Source: a virus
Lineage: Duplodnaviria; Caudoviricetes
Length of the DNA: 57,307 bases
Reading direction: 5' to 3' (one strand)
IMG/VR virus record: IMGVR_UViG_3300025133_007637
Coordinates: 1-57,307 of that record
Below are positions 44,929-53,251 of the stretch, piece after piece. The stretch's first letter is position 1. Every line of letters starts with the position of its first letter. The notes under the pieces were generated by a model, which searched no databases, was not told the DNA's origin, and saw only the letters and a program-made list of their open reading frames with translations. A program made the translations under genes and the position numbers.

Positions 44929-46102
44929 GAATCAACATCCTTTCCCCCACGGGTTTGAAGCGCGTGTATCGTGCGCCGTAAGTATCCGTCAACCACATTC
45001 TTTGACATTTTGAACGAATTGGTTTCGGTGCCATCATGTCGGTAATGATAATGTGACCATCAAAAACTCTTTTATTAACAAATTCTGTGGGAGCATTAAA
45101 ACATGTACCACCATATAAAACACGCTCCTTCTTTCTCTTTTCTCCTTTTTTCCAAACATAAACTTTTTCCTCAAATACCTGATGATCAAATGGAACCACT
45201 GTGAAACTTGCAAACTTTGCAAAGTCTCCGAGCCAAGTGAACACTTTGGACAATAATTCATCGCTAACTGAGCCCGATTGATCAATGCTAATTGCGATGT
45301 TCGCCCGGTGCTGAACTCGACGACCAAACTTTTTGCCCGGTAGTCTTCGATTGCGTTTGGTTACGCTGGTTTTCTTATCTGCTGCAACACTCGCTTTAAT
45401 AAATGAAGCCAAAACTTTTTTGGGGTCCAATTTAAAACGTCCTTGGACAGCATCTTTAATTGCTTGTGCAGTTGTGCTCGAAACGGTGCCCCAACCTTTT
45501 GGTTGTCCGCCTTTTCCGTCGCCAACATCGCATTCTGTCGCAGCTTTCGCGATAGCATCTTGCATTTTCTTATCTGCAATTTGTTTTCCTAAATCATCTG
45601 GTGATGGTTCTCCAAATTCTGAATGATCATCAAATTGATCACAATCTTTAAATTTGTCAGGCTCGTTTCTCTGCTGTCCTTTAATCATGTTCGCATACCA
45701 ATCTGCTGCTTGACCGAGAAGATGGATGTCCACAAACTCTCCGCGACCCGGCATCAAAACAAAATCAGGCGCATTGTCCCGCATGTTGCTCAATGAATTG
45801 ATCGCCAAGTCCATCGCACAATTAGCAGTTTTACGATCCACGTCTTCTAATTGACGACCTTGAACATGGCCGAACGATGCGTGATAAAGCTCGTGCATCA
45901 AAACCCATTTTTTATGAATAGGCGATAACGACTCCATAAATTCAGGATTATAAATTAATTCATAAACCAAGCGGTCTGGATTAAATTTTATTCCTGCTGT
46001 CGGAATTGAGTCGGTCGGGCGTTTATCAAGTTGTCTTGACAAAAGCGCAAAGTATGGCTCGCCGTGTAGCAAATGATAAATGTCGTGATCTAATTTATAC
46101 AT
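44921..46102 (-). CDS. DUF2201-type metallopeptidase/VWA-like protein
   Basis: VLMHELYH, NCAMDLAIN, IDQSGSV (MIDAS), GGTCF, IITD. Confidence 0.85.
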   Translation of the reverse strand: MYKLDHDIYHLLHGEPYFALLSRQLDKRPTDSIPTAGIKFNPDRLVYELIYNPEFMESLSPIHKKWVLMHELYHASFGHVQGRQLEDVDRKTANCAMDLAINSLSNMRDNAPDFVLMPGRGEFVDIHLLGQAADWYANMIKGQQRNEPDKFKDCDQFDDHSEFGEPSPDDLGKQIADKKMQDAIAKAATECDVGDGKGGQPKGWGTVSSTTAQAIKDAVQGRFKLDPKKVLASFIKASVAADKKTSVTKRNRRLPGKKFGRRVQHRANIAISIDQSGSVSDELLSKVFTWLGDFAKFASFTVVPFDHQVFEEKVYVWKKGEKRKKERVLYGGTCFNAPTEFVNKRVFDGHIIITDMMAPKPIRSKCQRMWLTDTYGARYTRFKPVGERMLILD

Positions 46103-46104
46103 TT

Positions 46105-47268
46105 TTATTTTTCCTCTGCCGGTTGACTGACAATGCTTGCAATATAGTTACCAAATGATTTTCCATCGGGCAAATTAATGCTCCACATTTTTGAAATGGC
46201 ATCACCATTTGCTCGCGTCAATGCTTCCCATGCTTTCATCGCCAATTCAGGTGAAATGTTAGACACAAAAAGTGCCACATTTTTTAATTGGTGATCTTTT
46301 AATTTTCCTTTAAACAAATCAGAATCAGAAATTTTGTCGATCATGGCATTTGCGTCATTGATCCCAAAACTGTTAACCACTTCCTTGCAACGTCCTTCGA
46401 AAATGTCTTCGACGGATACTTGTCGCTCGTAAGTTTCAACAAAATCGCGAAAGGCGATTGCGCCTTCTTGACCGATGAAACCTTCACCAATAAAATAAAG
46501 GTCCATCGAGATTTTCTTATCTTCGTTGGGCTCCAATAGATTTTCAGAATCCAGTGCCAAGCATTTATCAAAATGCGCCCAAGATCGTCGAGATGGATAA
46601 ACTTTATGCGTTTCAATCTCGCCTTTGTGCTCCAAGTGTTTGGGATTTTTTCTAATAAAATCCACAACCAAAGGATCGCAACGATCTTTGGCCCAATCGA
46701 TCCAATCTTCAACGGTCGGTTCAAGATTTACATGCCACCACCGATCATGCTCTGCTGGATCAAGTTCTGAAACTTGGTATGCGTTGCTCTCGTCGTGCGA
46801 GCCACCGTTAACCATCGCAACGATGATTGTATCCGGGTGCAAGTAATGACCGGCAATTTTGCGACTGTCACACAATTCCATAAGAGATTGACGCACGTCA
46901 TTATTAGCGCGATCAACTTCGTCAAAGAATAAAATGCAGGGTTTGTGGCAAGCCTGGGCAAACCAGCCCATCGGAGCAAACGAAGTGATCCGACCATGTT
47001 CCGAGTCTTTTGGTTCAGGTACACCGATCACGTCACCCGTGTCCGCCATTTGAGAGGCGCGACGTTCAACGATTGGGAAAAGATAATCTTCGCCCCACTT
47101 CATTGTAAAATCGGGACCAAGAATCCCGCCAAGTTTGTCTGCTAATTGATAAACAATTTCAGACTTCCCAATGCCGTGACGACCGTGACCCATAACGGGT
47201 TTGCGACTGCGAATAATACGCGGTGCAATCTTACTAAATTGTGCAAATGAAATTCCTTGTGTAGCCAT
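46105..47268 (-). CDS. MoxR-like AAA+ ATPase
   Basis: GRHGIGKS, ILFFDEVDR, LDPA..DR, PSRRSW; paired with the VWA gene. Confidence 0.88.
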   Translation of the reverse strand: MATQGISFAQFSKIAPRIIRSRKPVMGHGRHGIGKSEIVYQLADKLGGILGPDFTMKWGEDYLFPIVERRASQMADTGDVIGVPEPKDSEHGRITSFAPMGWFAQACHKPCILFFDEVDRANNDVRQSLMELCDSRKIAGHYLHPDTIIVAMVNGGSHDESNAYQVSELDPAEHDRWWHVNLEPTVEDWIDWAKDRCDPLVVDFIRKNPKHLEHKGEIETHKVYPSRRSWAHFDKCLALDSENLLEPNEDKKISMDLYFIGEGFIGQEGAIAFRDFVETYERQVSVEDIFEGRCKEVVNSFGINDANAMIDKISDSDLFKGKLKDHQLKNVALFVSNISPELAMKAWEALTRANGDAISKMWSINLPDGKSFGNYIASIVSQPAEEK

Positions 47269-47304
47269 AATTATTTTTTTCTCCTAACCTTTTTTTCTCT
47301 AACC

Positions 47305-47347
47305 ATTATCTCATATTAATTATGAATCGTCAACCCTGTTAAACCCT
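47305..47347 (-). promoter_or_regulatory. Promoter with proximal AGGGTT box
   Basis: TTGACG-17 nt-GATAAT; CCCT at +11. Confidence 0.65.
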
Positions 47348-47358
47348 ATGAATTGCTT

Positions 47359-48003
47359 TTAGTTATCATTTATGTGATCAACACTTGAATCAGATCCGTT
47401 ATGCCAGCGACGATCAAAAGAATCTGACAACTTGGATACGTCAACTCTGGCTGCAATTTCCATTTCAGGCGTATGATAATCAGTGTCAATCAAACCAGCA
47501 AAGTCAGAAGGTAAAGACATGCCTCGCGTTGCTCCAGATGGAAACCGAACACGCACCACACCGCACGGCCTTTTTGTCTGTCGGTGATCTAATCGCCTTT
47601 CTGCGAAACCCACCACAACTCCGTAATGTCCTAGGTCGTTGCGTTGTCGTAACATCCGGTCTTGAGCCCACTCTGAAAAATTTGACACATCGCGAAACTT
47701 TAATAATGTCCCATGACCAAATCCGACCTCGCCGCAACGCGCTAAAAAACTTTTTCGCCATTGGCAACTTAAATCGGCAGCTTTGCCTAAATCTTCGTTC
47801 CGTTGCGAACACGTTTTTTTATTATGCCCAGTTTCTCTACAATAACCACACCGACGAGGGTTGTTCCTTGATTCGTTTTCTTTGATTTTAGCTTGTCGGG
47901 CATAATACCCGTTTGGCTCCTCACGTATCCTCTTTTTTAAAGAAGGACAATTTCTTCGATTGTGTCCACGATCTCCACAAAACCCACAGCGATTACTACT
48001 CAT
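47359..48003 (-). CDS. Double CCHC zinc-knuckle protein
   Basis: CGFCGDRGHNRRNC and CGYCRETGHNKKTC (Cx2Cx4Hx4C). Confidence 0.75.
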   Translation of the reverse strand: MSSNRCGFCGDRGHNRRNCPSLKKRIREEPNGYYARQAKIKENESRNNPRRCGYCRETGHNKKTCSQRNEDLGKAADLSCQWRKSFLARCGEVGFGHGTLLKFRDVSNFSEWAQDRMLRQRNDLGHYGVVVGFAERRLDHRQTKRPCGVVRVRFPSGATRGMSLPSDFAGLIDTDYHTPEMEIAARVDVSKLSDSFDRRWHNGSDSSVDHINDN

Positions 48004-48018
48004 TTTTACTCCTCAAAT

Positions 48019-48276
48019 CTAAAGACAAAAAGGTGATCCCAATAAGATCATCTTTTTAGTTGCGGGATAGCGATAAACACGATCTGAATCTATGTGTTTG
48101 CACCTAACAAGTCTTTTGGTTTCACCATATGCAAATACATCATTATCACCATAACCATAACCAAGATCAAAACCATCGAACACAGTTATCTTCTCAATTA
48201 CTTTATAAATGTTTTTTGGATTCAACGGATCACAAACCATCGAACCTTCTTTTATTTTTTCCAATTTAAACTTCAC
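48019..48276 (-). CDS. Hypothetical protein
   Basis: AGGAG SD before GTG, downstream of a cassette promoter. Confidence 0.6.
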   Translation of the reverse strand: MKFKLEKIKEGSMVCDPLNPKNIYKVIEKITVFDGFDLGYGYGDNDVFAYGETKRLVRCKHIDSDRVYRYPATKKMILLGSPFCL

Positions 48277-48302
48277 TTTATTTCTCCTAACTTTCTAAAT
48301 GT

Positions 48303-48409
48303 ATTATCTCATATGGGATTAAATAAAGCAATTCTGATAAACCCTGCGTTGTGTCGTTTTATTTATTTTAACAGGGAAACCCTTAAACGGGACAGTGAAA
48401 GCAGGGTTT
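48303..48409 (-). promoter_or_regulatory. Promoter cassette with several AGGG boxes and a CACTGTCCCG site
   Basis: TTGCTT-17 nt-GATAAT; CCCT at +11 and +49. Confidence 0.6.
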
Positions 48410-48606
48410 CACCTACGAGCGCGTTTGGGGGCAACTGCTCGCCCAATGATGCCACGATCATCGAATGAAAGCGCACAGGCTCTCACCGGATAACCGATTT
48501 TATTATCTCGATGCACCTTGCATTTGAAATCGGCTATGTCTAACATTTGATCATCGTAATAATAAAGACCGAACAAGATTAAAATTACTGCTATTGTTTT
48601 TAACAT
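48409..48606 (-). CDS. Small membrane-anchored protein
   Basis: AAGGA SD; N-terminal hydrophobic helix. Confidence 0.5.
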   Translation of the reverse strand: MLKTIAVILILFGLYYYDDQMLDIADFKCKVHRDNKIGYPVRACALSFDDRGIIGRAVAPKRARR

Positions 48607-48618
48607 TTTATTGTTCCT

Positions 48619-49155
48619 TTAACTGCTATGGATTAAAAATTGTTTCACTTTTGCAAACTCATCACGGTTGCTATTCTTTACAAACTTGACTTGCTCTAAA
48701 TCGGTTGACTTCTGGTTGCCAGTTGTATGACCAGGAGTAACTAATTTATCAATTTGCTTCAAAGTGTTGAAGTATTGTTGGCGAGTGAAAGACCAGACCT
48801 TAACATGATCTGGGTACATTCCCACAAGCTGAAGCGAAGTCCACTTCTCTTGCTTGGGTCTGATCTGGTTCCACCATAATTGTTCTTGACCGTTGGTTCC
48901 TAAAGTAACCGTTGCATATTTAACTTCGGAATGTTCGCCGTCGATTCGCAGATCACCTTGATCAGAAATCTTTTCTACAACGTGACCTTTTTCTTCTAAC
49001 AAAGTTTTTACTATTCTAACTCCTAGTTCACCTTTTTGTTGGGGTGTCGTTAGTGATAGTACGCCACTATTTTTAGAATCTTCCCAAAACTTTAATTTTT
49101 CATCACTTTTCATAACTTCGTTAACAAGCGAATTTACTTTGATTGTATTTGACAT
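48619..49155 (-). CDS. Restriction-endonuclease-like PD-(D/E)xK protein
   Basis: KGELG...GDLRIDG...EVK...WNQIR. Confidence 0.55.
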   Translation of the reverse strand: MSNTIKVNSLVNEVMKSDEKLKFWEDSKNSGVLSLTTPQQKGELGVRIVKTLLEEKGHVVEKISDQGDLRIDGEHSEVKYATVTLGTNGQEQLWWNQIRPKQEKWTSLQLVGMYPDHVKVWSFTRQQYFNTLKQIDKLVTPGHTTGNQKSTDLEQVKFVKNSNRDEFAKVKQFLIHSS

Positions 49156-49157
49156 AA

Positions 49158-49388
49158 TTATTTTTGTTCTCCCTTTTCGTCTTTTTTCGATAATTTTGTT
49201 AATGCTCTGAAAGTGTATTCCACGGTTAATAACTTAATCATTTTTGGTGTAACCTCAAAAAAAGGTTCTTGTTCATCACGATCCAATACCTTTACGCAAG
49301 GTTTTTTATCTTCATTAAGATAACCAAAAACTGAAACTTCTTCTATTCCTGAGATTGTCTCAACATGAGAAAGAAAACTAAGATTCAT
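49158..49388 (-). CDS. Hypothetical protein
   Basis: AGGAG SD. Confidence 0.55.
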   Translation of the reverse strand: MNLSFLSHVETISGIEEVSVFGYLNEDKKPCVKVLDRDEQEPFFEVTPKMIKLLTVEYTFRALTKLSKKDEKGEQK

Positions 49389-49390
49389 TT

Positions 49391-49534
49391 TTAATACTCC
49401 TGCAAAATCTTGCGGAGGCGTTGTATCTTTTGCCGCGTCTTTTTGCGCTTGGTTAACTTATGTGGGTGAGCACCGGCTTTGCGCTTGAAAATCTGGCAAA
49501 ATTCGGGGCCTAGTGCTGGTGCTTTCTTTTTCAT
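49391..49534 (-). CDS. 47-aa basic protein (not in ORF track)
   Basis: MKKKAPALGPEFCQIFKRKAGAHPHKLTKRKKTRQKIQRLRKILQEY; AGGTGA SD. Confidence 0.5.
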   Translation of the reverse strand: MKKKAPALGPEFCQIFKRKAGAHPHKLTKRKKTRQKIQRLRKILQEY

Positions 49535-49537
49535 AAC

Positions 49538-49717
49538 TCACCTATTTTGTTTCGGTAATGAGCAAAAACCCTCATCAATAAGGCTCTTTGCGGTTCGTCC
49601 GTAATGTCCTTGGAGTGTCCAAGCCATTCCACTATTAATCAAACCTTGGAAAAACTCGACGAGTCGTTCCCAATCCATTTGACCATTTTCATAATCAATT
49701 ATGTCTTGAACATTCAT
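49538..49717 (-). CDS. 59-aa conserved phage protein (not in ORF track)
   Basis: IIDYENG...FFQGLINSGMAWTLQGHYGRTA..LI.EG pattern recalled from phage proteins. Confidence 0.65.
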   Translation of the reverse strand: MNVQDIIDYENGQMDWERLVEFFQGLINSGMAWTLQGHYGRTAKSLIDEGFCSLPKQNR

Positions 49718-49887
49718 TATTTAATTTCCTCGACTGTCACTTCTAACAGTTCCTCACCAGAATATTCGGTGTGGATAGGTTCGGCACCAGTAGAATAAAC
49801 CACTTCTTCGGCTTCTTCTTCTGACGGTGCTTCCACTTCATAGGTTTGATACACAGTACAGGGAATAATAACTTTAAATTTTTTCAT
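49717..49887 (-). CDS. 56-aa DpnD/PcfM-like acidic protein (not in ORF track)
   Basis: MKKFKV.....V.....VEAPSEEEAEE. Confidence 0.55.
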   Translation of the reverse strand: MKKFKVIIPCTVYQTYEVEAPSEEEAEEVVYSTGAEPIHTEYSGEELLEVTVEEIK

Positions 49888-50066
49888 TATTGAATTTCGT
49901 CTTCGTCTTTGATCAGGCCAAAGGTAATCGCATCTTCAACAAGTTGATCAAAATCACTTTGATAATCAGAGTCCAATGCTTTTTGTGCAAACTGAATCAA
50001 ATCGTATTGTGTCCAAGATTCAATAACTTGCGGAATAAGTTTATCAATTAATTCAAATTTGGTCAT
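49887..50066 (-). CDS. 59-aa acidic hypothetical protein (not in ORF track)
   Basis: AAGGAG SD; start and stop overlap neighbours. Confidence 0.55.
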   Translation of the reverse strand: MTKFELIDKLIPQVIESWTQYDLIQFAQKALDSDYQSDFDQLVEDAITFGLIKDEDEIQ

Positions 50067-50404
50067 TATACTTCTCCTTTTAATTGTGCAACGCGATAAT
50101 CTTCTTCGACCAGATCATCTTCTTGGATATCGACCAATTTAGTCATAGTCAATTTCTTGACTGAATCGTCACAAAGACCCTGCACTACTCGCTTCCATCG
50201 ATTACTTCGAGTAGAATCCATCCATTTTTTATCCTCTAAGAGTTCGACGGCATCTTCTACTAATTTATAGTCAACACACAATCCCAAATCTTTGTCGATG
50301 ATGTCATCCACCAAGCGGCCCAACGTACAGACAAAGTTTTCAAGGTCTAAGATTGACCTAGCAAATTTTTCATCCTGTTCTTTAATTATTTCTATTATAC
50401 TCAT
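50066..50404 (-). CDS. Hypothetical protein
   Basis: GGAG SD; C-terminus YRVAQLKGE shared with 51423-51653. Confidence 0.6.
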   Translation of the reverse strand: MSIIEIIKEQDEKFARSILDLENFVCTLGRLVDDIIDKDLGLCVDYKLVEDAVELLEDKKWMDSTRSNRWKRVVQGLCDDSVKKLTMTKLVDIQEDDLVEEDYRVAQLKGEV

Positions 50405-50598
50405 ACTCGGAGTTCTCCATTTTCATCTTCGTAGCATTCAACTTCATCAATTTCAACATGATTTACTGATACTACAAACCATTCAGAATCCCGTGCATTT
50501 TGTGCTTGCTGGATTGCCATTTCTTCGTTATCCACATCCTCGATTTCAATTTCTTGGGTTACGGTGATGGTTCGTGTTACAATGTATATTTTATTCAT
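50401..50598 (-). CDS. DpnD/PcfM-like acidic protein
   Basis: MNKIYIV...TVTQEIEIEDVDNEEMAIQQA. Confidence 0.55.
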   Translation of the reverse strand: MNKIYIVTRTITVTQEIEIEDVDNEEMAIQQAQNARDSEWFVVSVNHVEIDEVECYEDENGELRV

Positions 50599-50624
50599 CT
50601 TTTTTTTAATCCCTCACTTTCTAA

Positions 50625-50882
50625 ATGTATTGTCTCACGATTGTATGCTACTTGTCAAGTATTTTCTTAATCTTTTTGATCAGTTCTTTGTAGGGTTTCT
50701 CTAGCCTATCCTGCATAGGAATGTCAACAAACCCGGATACCCTTTCTTCTGCCATTGATCCGGCTTGAACGCGACCGAGCGATAGCGATACGAGAATTAA
50801 TTTCCACTCTTTTTCACTCAACTTCATGTATGTATTGTCTCACGATTGTATGTTATTTGTCAAGCGTTTTCTTAATCTTTTG
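50625..50882 (-). repeat. ~53-bp direct repeat (50625-50678, 50830-50882), each a TTGACA-18 nt-GACAAT promoter
   Basis: ATGTATTGTCTCACGATTGTATGYTAYTTGTCAAGYRTTTTCTTAATCTTTT on the + strand, twice. Confidence 0.85.
50648..50827 (-). CDS. 59-aa hypothetical protein between the repeats, leaderless (not in ORF track)
   Basis: MKLSEKEWKLILVSLSL...KIKKILDK; ATG 6 nt after the -10. Confidence 0.55.
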   Translation of the reverse strand: MKLSEKEWKLILVSLSLGRVQAGSMAEERVSGFVDIPMQDRLEKPYKELIKKIKKILDK

Positions 50883-51146
50883 TCTTGGGTCGAAGTTTTT
50901 TAAGTGGGGGTTTTCATCCACCCAATTCTTATGGATTGCCCAACGGTGGTCCCACAATCGTTTACGAATTGAATCGATCCGAAAAGGATTATTTGAATAA
51001 ATTGCACGTTTATTCCCCATTTGGGCGTGTCTCTGCTGCAAAGCGCATTTGTATTTTGTTGCTAATTGTTCTAATTTTGAGCGTTCATCATCTTGAACAA
51101 ACCCCAAGAAGTACCAATCTTTTTCAAATCGTGGCATAGCAGACAT
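50853..51146 (-). CDS. Hypothetical protein
   Basis: GAGG SD; ends KIKKTLDK inside the repeat. Confidence 0.6.
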   Translation of the reverse strand: MSAMPRFEKDWYFLGFVQDDERSKLEQLATKYKCALQQRHAQMGNKRAIYSNNPFRIDSIRKRLWDHRWAIHKNWVDENPHLKNFDPRQKIKKTLDK

Positions 51147-51150
51147 TTTA

Positions 51151-51423
51151 TTAACCTCGTTTAACCAATTTTAAACAGCCGGGATGGGTTCCTACTGCCG
51201 TGTTTGTATATTCAGTCCATTGAACTAATGGTGTGTTGTATTGTTTGTTGATGCCCACAACGGCACCCAAGATCCTACGAAAAGGTTTTGAAGCATCTCC
51301 GGTCGGATCACATAATTCCTTGGATACTAAATCGCCAAGCTCCGGGTACTCACCGGATTCATACCGAATCTTCTTTGGTCCATCAAATGGAACTGTTATA
51401 CCTTTAAAGGGTTTGTTCATCAT
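51151..51423 (-). CDS. Small SH3/KOW-like protein
   Basis: PELGDLV...LGAVVGI...PLVQW...LKLVKR. Confidence 0.65.
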   Translation of the reverse strand: MMNKPFKGITVPFDGPKKIRYESGEYPELGDLVSKELCDPTGDASKPFRRILGAVVGINKQYNTPLVQWTEYTNTAVGTHPGCLKLVKRG

Positions 51424-51653
51424 TATAGTGCTTCTCCCTTGAGTCGTGCGACTTGATAGCCTTCGTCAATCAGGTCAAGAATGTTTTGGACCGACGTGGG
51501 ATCAACCGTTCGCGATACAAGTTTAGTCGCAACGACTTCAGGATTTCCGTAACCATCCTGAACTTTATGGTAGGCATCATTAAAAGTGTCGGCATCGACT
51601 TCTATGACTTCGTGAATGACTTTTGAAACAAGAACTTTATAACGTTTTTTCAT
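51423..51653 (-). CDS. DpnD/PcfM-like protein, leaderless
   Basis: MKKRYKVLVSKVIHEVIEVDADTFNDAYHKV; the track's upstream extension covers promoter DNA. Confidence 0.6.
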   Translation of the reverse strand: MKKRYKVLVSKVIHEVIEVDADTFNDAYHKVQDGYGNPEVVATKLVSRTVDPTSVQNILDLIDEGYQVARLKGEAL

Positions 51654-51659
51654 ACCCAT

Positions 51660-51750
51660 ATTATCTCCTATCGGAGCAATAAAGTCAACGAAAAAGATTA
51701 AGATAATGCTGATTTTCGTGGAAGCCCTGCGTAGGGTATTCACTGTCCCG
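51660..51750 (-). promoter_or_regulatory. Promoter cassette with AGGG boxes and a CACTGTCCCG site
   Basis: TTGACT-17 nt-GATAAT; CCCT at +37. Confidence 0.7.
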
Positions 51751-51764
51751 CAGGTTTTGGGTTT

Positions 51765-51971
51765 TTAGGAGAGATTTTGGAGCAAGGCGTCAATTTTTTC
51801 AACCAAACCCATTTGATTGGCGTGACCGGCTGAATCGTGCCAGTAATCGGGCATCTTTACATGTGATTTTAAAATTGTTGCGCGGGATTCTTTTAAAACT
51901 TCGACAAGTTCTTTTTGAGCAGCAAGGGATTCAAAATAATCCTTAGCATTTATATAACATGGTTTTTTCAT
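51765..51971 (-). CDS. Hypothetical protein
   Basis: AAGGA SD, coupled. Confidence 0.55.
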   Translation of the reverse strand: MKKPCYINAKDYFESLAAQKELVEVLKESRATILKSHVKMPDYWHDSAGHANQMGLVEKIDALLQNLS

Positions 51972-52384
51972 TTATTAAATTTCCTTAGTTCATTATTTGT
52001 AACTTCAAATTCATCACCTGAAAAATCGTAAGTCGGTTTTGCTGGTGTCTTTTCGCTAAAACCAATGCCTTTAATTCCTCTAATGTCGGTTCGACTGCTT
52101 TCTACTTTTGGGTGAAATTGTGCTGCCCAATTATTGTGTTGCTTGTAGGGATCTTTCTTGGGATTAATGGGATGATTGCCACAGCCACACCAGTGAATAG
52201 TTCTTATCTCTGGCTGTGTTACTTCTTCATCATCAGGAATTTGTTTTTTATGAGATTTTTTCATCATCTTCTTTTTTGCCACAGATGGCTTTTCTGTGAT
52301 TGGACCCAGATTTCCTAATAAATTTACCTTCATCATGTCGTTCATTTCAACTCCTTCGTTTGACTTGAAAGCGAATACCTTCAA
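51968..52384 (-). CDS. Hypothetical protein
   Basis: Start probably MNDMM (AAGGAG SD). Confidence 0.55.
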   Translation of the reverse strand: MKVFAFKSNEGVEMNDMMKVNLLGNLGPITEKPSVAKKKMMKKSHKKQIPDDEEVTQPEIRTIHWCGCGNHPINPKKDPYKQHNNWAAQFHPKVESSRTDIRGIKGIGFSEKTPAKPTYDFSGDEFEVTNNELRKFNK

Positions 52385-52922
52385 TCAAGTCCTTATAGTA
52401 TTTATGCAGGTTCTCTTTTCTTTTGGTTACTTTTTTTTGGTATTTAATGATTTTATGTTTATTTTTTGATTTAGGCCAACCGGGACCACCATTGTAACAT
52501 CTGTAGGCCAAACCGCCCTTACAATGTTTATACCTGTCCCTATAATAGTTTAAAATATAGGAACCTGCTTTTATACTAACCTCGGGCTTGAACATTTGCG
52601 TTTCACATTCTTTTCTAGTTTTAAAGTGCAAAGACTTTTGCCACCACTTACAATTAACCTGAAATAAACCTGCATCGCGTGTTCGCGAATAGGCTTTAGG
52701 CTTTAAAGAAGATTCAGTGAGCGCGATTGCTAACAACTCATAAGGATCTTGTTGGTTATTTTCTGCAAACTTAACAATTTGCACCACATGTTTGTGTTTT
52801 GATTGTCGATTTAATCCATAGGGATCACAGGCACCCGCTAGGATGGCTGCGTTGATAAAGGTAACGACCCATTCCATTTTTACTTCCTTATTTACTAATA
52901 AATGTCGTTTCCGAAGAACCAA
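52347..52922 (-). CDS. Lytic transglycosylase (SLT domain)
   Basis: LLAIALTESS....A.S...DAGLFQVN...GSYIL...YNGG; start probably MEWVV with a possible lipobox LAGAC. Confidence 0.85.
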   Translation of the reverse strand: MVLRKRHLLVNKEVKMEWVVTFINAAILAGACDPYGLNRQSKHKHVVQIVKFAENNQQDPYELLAIALTESSLKPKAYSRTRDAGLFQVNCKWWQKSLHFKTRKECETQMFKPEVSIKAGSYILNYYRDRYKHCKGGLAYRCYNGGPGWPKSKNKHKIIKYQKKVTKRKENLHKYYKDLIEGIRFQVKRRS

Positions 52923-53188
52923 TCATCATCATCATTAAAATCAAAATCTAGCTGGAAATCATCAATAAGGTTTTGATCGAGGATGTCTTCTAATTTATTA
53001 TTATCAAATTCTTCTGAATCTACCATTTCTGATTCTATTAAATTCTCAACGATTAAAGTAACTATTTCATCGTATTCCTCATCTGAAATGTTCTCTTTGC
53101 ATTCCCTTAAGTTGGCCCACGCCTCGGAAGCAGTTAATGTTCCCATTAAAAAATCCTCCATTATTTTGTTTGCTAAAAAATTATCCAT
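52895..53188 (-). CDS. Acidic hypothetical protein
   Basis: AAGGAG SD. Confidence 0.6.
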   Translation of the reverse strand: MDNFLANKIMEDFLMGTLTASEAWANLRECKENISDEEYDEIVTLIVENLIESEMVDSEEFDNNKLEDILDQNLIDDFQLDFDFNDDDDWFFGNDIY

Positions 53189-53251
53189 TTATTTCTCTCC
53201 TTTGTTGGACTAATGAATAGAATAACACAATTATCTTTCACTTGTCAAGAC

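Noticed and set aside
39170-48409. AAACCCT resembles the plant telomere repeat/telo-box
   Set aside because: Copies are dispersed at fixed distances from -35 boxes and never tandem; better explained as operator sites.
49391-49534. Small basic protein as an ArfA-like ribosome rescue factor partnering tmRNA
   Set aside because: Lacks the ArfA KGKGSY motif; similarity is limited to size and basicity.
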